This document shows, piece after piece, positions 57,950 through 64,000 of a stretch of DNA of 64,000 bases (positions are counted from its first letter, which is position 1; the number at the start of each line of letters is the position of its first letter). The notes below the pieces were generated by a model. The model was not told the DNA's origin and did not search any database. It saw only the letters and a program-made list of their open reading frames with translations. The DNA comes from a virus (Duplodnaviria > Caudoviricetes). Made by a program: the position numbers and the translations under genes. The DNA is taken from positions 32,001 to 96,000 of the IMG/VR virus record IMGVR_UViG_3300028603_000001; one strand, 5' to 3'.

Positions 57950-58429
57950 ATGGACAAATCTTTAAACAGAAAAGAAAAATCAAACACATCTTTCAGCTAT
58001 TATAGTAAAGTTTTACAAAAACCATTTGACACCATCGAGGAGTTAAAAGAAGCTGAAAAAGTTTACCACTCAGAGCAAGCTAAAAAAGAAGCTGCTGCTT
58101 TAGCTAAGAAAAAAGCCGCTTCAATCGTTAACAGCGCTATTGATGCTTATGAGGAAGGAAAAGTAAAATGCAATGAGGCTATTAAACAAGCTTATAATGA
58201 ATACAAAGCAAAAGTAGCTGAAACTGAAAAAGAATTAGCTGTTTTAGAAAAAGATGCTAATGAAAAACTAAACAAATGGTTGGAAGAACATCCAGGTCAA
58301 GGTTTCCATTATACTTACAAATCAGCAGATGGAAAAGTTACAAGACAATATAATTATTACAATAGAAGATATGATGTTTTTGAAGAGTTTGAAAAATTTA
58401 GCCGCCTTCTAAAGGATATTTGGTTCTAA
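57950..58429 (+). CDS. Coiled-coil hypothetical protein
   Basis: ATG 57950 has AAGGAG RBS; YYSKVL.K.FDT.EEL..AE N-terminus. Confidence 0.75.
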   Translation: MDKSLNRKEKSNTSFSYYSKVLQKPFDTIEELKEAEKVYHSEQAKKEAAALAKKKAASIVNSAIDAYEEGKVKCNEAIKQAYNEYKAKVAETEKELAVLEKDANEKLNKWLEEHPGQGFHYTYKSADGKVTRQYNYYNRRYDVFEEFEKFSRLLKDIWF

Positions 58430-58486
58430 ACAGTACAATAAAATAATTTAATAAGTGTATATTTAAAAATTCTGAGGTGAATGCTG

Positions 58487-58513
58487 TAGCTGCAATTGAT
58501 TGCAGCTATTTTT
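58487..58513 (+). terminator. Intrinsic terminator
   Basis: TAGCTGCAA/TTGCAGCTA plus T5. Confidence 0.75.
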
Positions 58514-58622
58514 ATTGTATATTACAGTCTAAATTAAATTAATATAAGAAAGGTACCTAGATATAAAATTAAAAATCACAAAGAAAACAAAAAAAAGATA
58601 TTAATAAAGATTAGATAATAGC

Positions 58623-58631
58623 TGCTAAATT
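58623..58631 (+). promoter_or_regulatory. Putative late promoter with no downstream ORF
   Basis: TGCTAAATTATAATGA directly before a hairpin-terminator. Confidence 0.65.
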
Positions 58632-58637
58632 ATAATG

Positions 58638-58691
58638 AATAACGTATCAGGTTAACTTATCCTTTCATAGCCTGATATGTTATTTTTTTTT
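58638..58691 (+). ncRNA. Candidate ~50-nt sRNA with an anti-SD loop (UAUCCUUUCA)
   Basis: 17-bp stem 58638-54/58668-84 (two G.U pairs), loop ACTTATCCTTTCA, then a T-run. Confidence 0.55.
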
Positions 58692-58723
58692 ACTTTTTTA
58701 TTGTTACATTAATAAATTATTTC

Positions 58724-58733
58724 ATTGTATATT
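58724..58733 (+). promoter_or_regulatory. Putative early/middle promoter ATTGTATATT
   Basis: Upstream of the NADAR-DnaC-DnaB-DnaG operon. Confidence 0.55.
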
Positions 58734-58753
58734 ATAATAAGGAGGATATTATT

Positions 58754-59221
58754 ATGTTATTTAAAGATAAATATTTCTTTTTAAGTACATTTCACCAAGC
58801 AACATTTTCAATGAATATTGATGGAAAAGAATGTAAATTCTCAAATGTTGAAGCAGCATATCAAGCACAGAAAAATCCAGAGATAGCAGATAAATTCTCA
58901 CAAGTAAAAGGACTAGAAGCGAAAAGGATGGATGACAAGTTAATAATAACTGTACCTAATTGGGAAAGATACAAATTATATGCGATGGCAAATGCTTTAC
59001 ATGCAAAATTCAGCAACAAGTTAATATTCTCACAGTTAAAAGCTATTAAAGAAGACATCATCAATGATAATTATTGGGGAGATACTTATTGGGGCGTTTA
59101 TAAAGGCCGAGGAAAAAATATCCTAGGAAAAATGCTGATGAATATTCGGGATAATAATAATGATAAAGATATATTGTATAGTTATATATCAAAAGAATTG
59201 ATAGGAGAAGATGATAAATGA
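58754..59221 (+). CDS. NADAR (YbiA-like) family protein
   Basis: FLS.F, VEAAYQAQK, AKF, WGDTYWG, G.NILGKMLM.IR. Confidence 0.88.
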   Translation: MLFKDKYFFLSTFHQATFSMNIDGKECKFSNVEAAYQAQKNPEIADKFSQVKGLEAKRMDDKLIITVPNWERYKLYAMANALHAKFSNKLIFSQLKAIKEDIINDNYWGDTYWGVYKGRGKNILGKMLMNIRDNNNDKDILYSYISKELIGEDDK

Positions 59222-59913
59222 TAGATCCAAAAGACTGCTGGTTAAAAGATAATTGCAAACAGCTTCATTGTAATGATAAAAATGGGTGCTTAATCTTATA
59301 TAAATTAAATTATTTATATAATGAAGCTAATGTTCCTTTGAAATTACGTAAAAATATTCCTTTAAGAACAGATGCGGATGGAACAGATTTAGAAGAATTT
59401 AAATTACTGAAAAACATTCAAGATAATATATCAGAATTTGTTGCAGACGGGGGTCAATTATATATTCATTCAAGACAAGCAGGAAATGGGAAAAGTAGTT
59501 GGGCGCTAAGACTGTTGCAGACATATTTTAATAAGATATGGTTAAGAACTGATTTAAGATGTAGAGCTTTATTTATTAACGTCCCATTATTTCTAATAAA
59601 ATTAAAAGAAAATATTTCAAATAAATTAGAATATATAACACACATACAAAAAAACGTATATGATTGCGACTTAGTCATTTGGGACGATATTGGGACAAAA
59701 AGCTCCACAGTATATGAAGGTGAAAATCTATTAAGTATTATCGATTATAGGATCGGTAACGGAAAAGCTAATATTTTCACTTCAAACTTAAATGATAAGG
59801 AATTGCATGAAGCTTTAGGAGATAGATTAGCAAGTAGAATCTGTAATTCTGGGATAAATATAGAATTTCGCGGTGGCGACAAACGAGGATTAGATGTTGG
59901 AGGTGACAATTAA
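59218..59913 (+). CDS. DnaC/IstB-like helicase loader
   Basis: N-terminal Cys cluster, GNGKS, WDDIG, IFTSNL, R..SR. Confidence 0.85.
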   Translation: MIDPKDCWLKDNCKQLHCNDKNGCLILYKLNYLYNEANVPLKLRKNIPLRTDADGTDLEEFKLLKNIQDNISEFVADGGQLYIHSRQAGNGKSSWALRLLQTYFNKIWLRTDLRCRALFINVPLFLIKLKENISNKLEYITHIQKNVYDCDLVIWDDIGTKSSTVYEGENLLSIIDYRIGNGKANIFTSNLNDKELHEALGDRLASRICNSGINIEFRGGDKRGLDVGGDN

Positions 59914-61196
59914 TGATTCAAGCACAAATACTTAATTATCTATTAAACTCTAAAGATTCTTCAATAATAACTTTAAATGGACTTACAACTGATTATTTTT
60001 CAGATTATATTAGTGAATATAATTTTATTAAATCACATTTAGATAAATATAACACTATCCCTGATCCTGAAACTTTTTTAAATGTGTTTCCAGATTTTCA
60101 AACGATGATTGTTAACGAACCAACTGATTACTTATTAACTGAATTAATGCGAGATAAGAACAGGAGATTCTTAGCGGCAAATTATAATAAAGCTAGACAG
60201 TTAATAATGGACGGGAAAGTAGAAGATGCTTTAGCTATATTGAAGCAAGCAGGAGAAGAATCTGTTGAATTTGTCAGCTTAAATGCTATTGATTTAATGC
60301 ATGATACTAGCAGATATGATACATATGTTGATAAAATGGCGAACTTTGATAGGTACTTCATAACAACAGGTTTCAAAGAATTAGACTCTATTATTGGTGG
60401 TTGGAATGTTAATGAAGATGTAGCAACTATTGTGGCAAGAAATGGAGTTGGAAAATCATGGATTCTATATCGATGTGCATCAGCAGCTGCTTTAGCAGGA
60501 AAAAGGGTTGGTCTATATTCAGGTGAAATGTCTGAAGATTCTGTTGGTTATAGAATTGATACCTTAATTGGACATATTAGCAATGGAGCATTAGTTCATG
60601 GTGGTGCGTCTGTTAAGAATGATTATAAGAAATTTTTAGATCGATTATCATCAGAATGCAAAGGAAATCTATTTGTTTTAACACCAAAACAAATAAAAGG
60701 AAGACCAACCGTTTCTTCGTTAAGAGCTTTTGTAGAAAAGTATAAGTTAGAAGTTTTGTTTGTCGATCAACACTCTTTATTAGATGATGAACGAGGTGGA
60801 AAAACCGATGTTGCTGTAGCGTCTAATATATCAACTGATCTTAAAATGTTACAATCAATAAAAAGAATACCTATTATATGTGTTTCTCAACAAAACAGGG
60901 ACAAAACAGAGACAGGTGAGTTTGATACTAGACAGATTGCTCGTTCAGATAAGATTGGTCAAGATAGTTCTATTATCATATTTTTAGAAAGAAAAGATGA
61001 TTTGATGCGACTCCATTTAGGAAAATCAAGGGAATCAGGTTCAGGGCAAGTTTTATCTTATAGAATTGATTTAAATCGAGGTATTTTTGATTATATTCCA
61101 GGTGAAAATGATGCTTTAGTAGAATCAACAGGTGAAGATATCCCAGATATGTATGATTCAGATAACTTGCAGTATACAGATGAGGATGTGTTTTAA
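59913..61196 (+). CDS. dnaB: Replicative DnaB-like helicase
   Basis: TGFKELD, ARNGVGKS, SGEM, FVD, SQQNR, SD.I.QD, KSR. Confidence 0.92.
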   Translation: MIQAQILNYLLNSKDSSIITLNGLTTDYFSDYISEYNFIKSHLDKYNTIPDPETFLNVFPDFQTMIVNEPTDYLLTELMRDKNRRFLAANYNKARQLIMDGKVEDALAILKQAGEESVEFVSLNAIDLMHDTSRYDTYVDKMANFDRYFITTGFKELDSIIGGWNVNEDVATIVARNGVGKSWILYRCASAAALAGKRVGLYSGEMSEDSVGYRIDTLIGHISNGALVHGGASVKNDYKKFLDRLSSECKGNLFVLTPKQIKGRPTVSSLRAFVEKYKLEVLFVDQHSLLDDERGGKTDVAVASNISTDLKMLQSIKRIPIICVSQQNRDKTETGEFDTRQIARSDKIGQDSSIIIFLERKDDLMRLHLGKSRESGSGQVLSYRIDLNRGIFDYIPGENDALVESTGEDIPDMYDSDNLQYTDEDVF

Positions 61197-61201
61197 TAAT
61201 T

Positions 61202-62176
61202 ATGGAATACTTAAAAGTTCGAAACGCAAAAGTATCGACACCAATAATTAACATCATTAAAGATGTTAAGATTAATCTCACCAATGGAAAATTATCGACA
61301 ATAAAACCATCAGGTCGCAATATTCGCGTATCTTGTGTTAATCCAGAGCACAAAGGTGGACATGAATCAAGAGCTTCTGCTGACGTGTATATAGGAAACT
61401 CTACTGAGAGAGTTAAGTACGGAACATATTCATGTTTTACCTGCCAATTATCTTGCTCATTTGTTCATTTTGTTGCTATGTCTTTTGAGAAATCAGATGA
61501 ATGGGCAGAAAAATGGTTAATTGATAATTATTCTGATGGTATTATAGAAGAAGAACTTTTAAACTTACCTGAAATATCACTTAATAATAAAAATCAAAAA
61601 ATTTATCTTGATGAATCTATCTTGAATAATTTTGAAAGTTTTCACCCTTATATGATTAAGCGTAAATTATCTAAAAGAATTATTGAACTTTTTAAAATAA
61701 AATATGATCCAGATACAAAATGTTTAGTTTTCCCAGTATATGATGAAAATAATAATTTAGTTATGTTAACTCGAAGAGGAGTTGAAGGTAAATTATTCAT
61801 CATTGATAAAGAAAAAGAAAAACCATTGTACCTGTATAATTATATCAAAGAAAATAATTTTGATAGAGCGATTATAACTGAGGGTCAAATAGATGCTTTA
61901 ACCGCTTATGTTTACGGTTTCCCTGCTATTGCAACCATGGGTGCCTTATCTGAACATCAAATAGATATAATAAATAAATCTAATATTAGAGTATTATATT
62001 TATTTTTTGATAATGATTATTGGGGAAAGAGGTTTAAAGATAATTTAATAGCGAGAGTAAGGAAAGATATTTTATTAATTGATGTTGATATAAGTAAAAC
62101 AAATAAAAAAGATATAAATGAATTAAGCGAAAATGAGTTTTGGCAATGTATTCATGAAGCTGAGAATAGATTTTAA
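61202..62176 (+). CDS. dnaG: DnaG-like primase
   Basis: C...H...CxxC zinc finger, TEGQIDA, FDND..G, KDINE (TOPRIM). Confidence 0.9.
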   Translation: MEYLKVRNAKVSTPIINIIKDVKINLTNGKLSTIKPSGRNIRVSCVNPEHKGGHESRASADVYIGNSTERVKYGTYSCFTCQLSCSFVHFVAMSFEKSDEWAEKWLIDNYSDGIIEEELLNLPEISLNNKNQKIYLDESILNNFESFHPYMIKRKLSKRIIELFKIKYDPDTKCLVFPVYDENNNLVMLTRRGVEGKLFIIDKEKEKPLYLYNYIKENNFDRAIITEGQIDALTAYVYGFPAIATMGALSEHQIDIINKSNIRVLYLFFDNDYWGKRFKDNLIARVRKDILLIDVDISKTNKKDINELSENEFWQCIHEAENRF

Positions 62177-62204
62177 AATCATATATAAAAAATAAAATAT
62201 TTAA

Positions 62205-62214
62205 ATTGTATATT
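62205..62214 (+). promoter_or_regulatory. Putative early/middle promoter ATTGTATATT
   Basis: Upstream of the SSB gene. Confidence 0.55.
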
Positions 62215-62272
62215 TATATGTATTAAAAATAAATAATACAAAAAAAATAAAATAATAAAAGGAGAAAAAATA

Positions 62273-63163
62273 ATGGCAAGTTACACTTATGACGCTTATG
62301 CAGCACAACAAGCTGCACAAAGAAGCACAAATCCAAACGGCGGCCTAGGTCCTGAAGTACGATTTTTAAACGAATTTTTAAAAAGTGATGGAGATGTTGT
62401 GGTTGTGAGATTTCCATACCACAACATGTCAGATTTAATTTTTGAAACAACACATGCAGTATTATTCCCAGGGAAGAGATTTCCATCAAGAGTGAGATGT
62501 ACTGGTGACGCAACATGTCCGTTCTGCGCAGAAAAGGTAAAACTTGATACTAGGTTTTTTGCGAAAGCATTAGCCTATGTTATCGATGAACAAACTAATG
62601 AGGTTAAGATTATTAACACTGTATGGGACAGACCTTCAGCTTTTGCAGATATCGATATTAAAAATTTAATGCAAGAATATGGAGATATTTCTAATTTCTT
62701 ATTTAAGATTAAGAGAAATGGAACAGGAACAGCTACTCGTTACACAATTACCATTGTAACTAATACTACTGTATATAATCCAGCTATTTATAAAGCAGAT
62801 TTTAGTGAATTAGATGTAGTTGATCCAATAAGAATTCTATCAAAAAGTCTAGAGCAATATAAAGAAGCTTTAAATCCATCTGCTCCAAAACAAGCTGTTC
62901 AACCACAACCTCAACCATATGCGCAACCTCAACCATATGCACAACCTGCGCAACAACAACCTTATATGCAAGGACATGCACATCTTCCTACAGGAGCTAC
63001 AGCTATACCGCCATATGTACATGGAGAAGAATTTAATTCACAAGCACCTGCACCTCAATCTCAAACAATTCCAACAACACCATTGCAACAGCAATCAACC
63101 ACTGCGGTGCAACAAGATCAAGCAAGTGATCAACGCAGACCAACGACAAGGTATAAATTCTAA
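62273..63163 (+). CDS. Single-stranded DNA-binding protein (gp32-like) with a Q/P-rich tail
   Basis: VVRF, H, C...CPFC, KIKRNG.G..TRY; low-complexity QPQPYA tail. Confidence 0.75.
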   Translation: MASYTYDAYAAQQAAQRSTNPNGGLGPEVRFLNEFLKSDGDVVVVRFPYHNMSDLIFETTHAVLFPGKRFPSRVRCTGDATCPFCAEKVKLDTRFFAKALAYVIDEQTNEVKIINTVWDRPSAFADIDIKNLMQEYGDISNFLFKIKRNGTGTATRYTITIVTNTTVYNPAIYKADFSELDVVDPIRILSKSLEQYKEALNPSAPKQAVQPQPQPYAQPQPYAQPAQQQPYMQGHAHLPTGATAIPPYVHGEEFNSQAPAPQSQTIPTTPLQQQSTTAVQQDQASDQRRPTTRYKF

Positions 63164-63189
63164 ATATAATTAGAAAACCTATTTAAAAT

Positions 63190-63216
63190 AAAGAGCAGTG
63201 TTTACCTGCTCTTTTT
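63190..63216 (+). terminator. Intrinsic terminator
   Basis: AAAGAGCAG/CTGCTCTTT plus T-run. Confidence 0.7.
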
Positions 63217-63228
63217 CATATATATATA

Positions 63229-63238
63229 ATTGTATAAT
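63229..63238 (+). promoter_or_regulatory. Putative early/middle promoter ATTGTATAAT
   Basis: Upstream of the polymerase RBS AAGGAGGT. Confidence 0.55.
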
Positions 63239-63257
63239 AAAATAAAGGAGGTTATTT

Positions 63258-64000
63258 ATGGGTATAGATAGCTTATGGGGCGAAGAGTTTACTGTTCCAA
63301 AAGAGAAAGAAAAAGCAAAAACCATAGCCGCTAAAATAGCAAAACCATATAATGCAAAAACTTCAATCGAAAAGCAAGTGAAAAGTAAAGTTATCCCCCT
63401 AAAGGAGAAATTGGATCTTATAGAGAAGGAAGTTCGTAATAAATTGAGTAAGCAAATGAATAATGTTCTATGTATAACAAGCAAAGAAGATTTTCACGCT
63501 TATATTGATAAATGTATTAAAAAAGGACGAGTTGCTGTTGATACAGAAACTAATAATAGTTTAGATCCCATAACATGTAAGCTAATGGGTCTTTGCTTAT
63601 ATACTCCAGGTGAAAAACAAGCATATATTCCGGTAAATCACAGAGATCCAGATTCTAAAGAGCGCTTAGATAATCAATTAACAGAAAAAGATATAGCTGA
63701 AGGACTTGTAAGATTGCTTGAGTCAAAAGCTTTATTTGAAACACAAAAAGGTCAGTTTGATTATCAGGTTATTTATCATACGACAGGAGTTAAAATAAGA
63801 ATTGACTGGGATACTTTAATAGCTGAAAAGCTCATTGATGAAAATAAATATGTATATTCATTGAAAGAGCTGTATGTCAAACAGGTAGATCCAGAGCAAG
63901 AAAAATACAGCATCGACAGTCTTTTTGAAGGAATCGAGTACGCTGATGTCGATCCTGAAATATTTGCGCTTTATGCAGCAACAGATGCTATGATGACATC
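63258..64000 (+). CDS. DNA polymerase, family A-type 3'-5' exonuclease N-terminal part, truncated at the right edge
   Basis: Not in the ORF track. Hand translation MGIDSLWGEEF...VAVDTET (ExoI)...YIPVNH...FD (ExoII)...WDT.IA...SLK.L...YAATDA (ExoIII). Confidence 0.88.
   Translation, partial: MGIDSLWGEEFTVPKEKEKAKTIAAKIAKPYNAKTSIEKQVKSKVIPLKEKLDLIEKEVRNKLSKQMNNVLCITSKEDFHAYIDKCIKKGRVAVDTETNNSLDPITCKLMGLCLYTPGEKQAYIPVNHRDPDSKERLDNQLTEKDIAEGLVRLLESKALFETQKGQFDYQVIYHTTGVKIRIDWDTLIAEKLIDENKYVYSLKELYVKQVDPEQEKYSIDSLFEGIEYADVDPEIFALYAATDAMMT

Noticed and set aside
58475-58489. Minimal ORF ATG-CTG-TAG after GAGGTG
   Set aside because: SD-to-start spacing of ~1 nt is too short; better explained as a pairing site
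1016-63484. Short antisense ORFs in the track (e.g. 1650-1910, 17550-17897, 28332-28844, 42757-43140, 60976-61353, 63179-63484)
   Set aside because: Shadow frames opposite well-supported genes, with no RBS; 63179-63484 lies opposite the polymerase
1-64000. Alternative genetic code (TGA or TAG recoding)
   Set aside because: Genes are full length under code 11. TGA (e.g. 41284, 31052) and TAG (e.g. 50030, 33064) end genes at sensible positions, and no suppressor tRNA is present.

Overview
The window is a 64 kb segment of a large, AT-rich myovirus genome with a T4-like contractile tail. It uses genetic code 11 and has strong AGGAG Shine-Dalgarno (SD) sites, so a low-GC Bacillota-like host is likely (inference). 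It has two divergent arms that meet at about 37.15 kb. The minus-strand arm (1-37119) is morphogenesis: sheath, tube, tail chaperones, tape measure, baseplate, fibre, holins, neck, a terminase split by an intein, portal and several probable head-packaged proteins. Capsid and prohead protease genes are not in the window. The plus-strand arm (37235-64000) is recombination and replication: Cas4-like nuclease, Mre11/Rad50, RecU, UvsY/RecA, a bacterial-type DnaX/HolA/HolB clamp loader, DnaC/DnaB/DnaG, SSB and the start of a family A polymerase, with accessory genes interspersed. Two phage-specific promoter motifs are readable directly: TGCTAAATT (15 sites including one variant, mostly before structural genes) and ATTGTATA[A/T]T (before replication genes). 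The most unusual signals are: (i) a ncRNA cluster at 57.6-58.7 kb with an initiator tRNA and hairpin RNAs whose loops show anti-SD sequences, one matching the RBS of the phage's own RHH gene, together with a catalytically dead peptide deformylase and an ArfA/BrfA-like peptide, which suggests a translation-control system; (ii) a naturally split intein in the terminase with a GIY-YIG nuclease fused to the N-intein; (iii) a shared (L/I)-x-E signature that marks likely injected cargo proteins. All family calls come from motif recognition by eye; no database searches were run.
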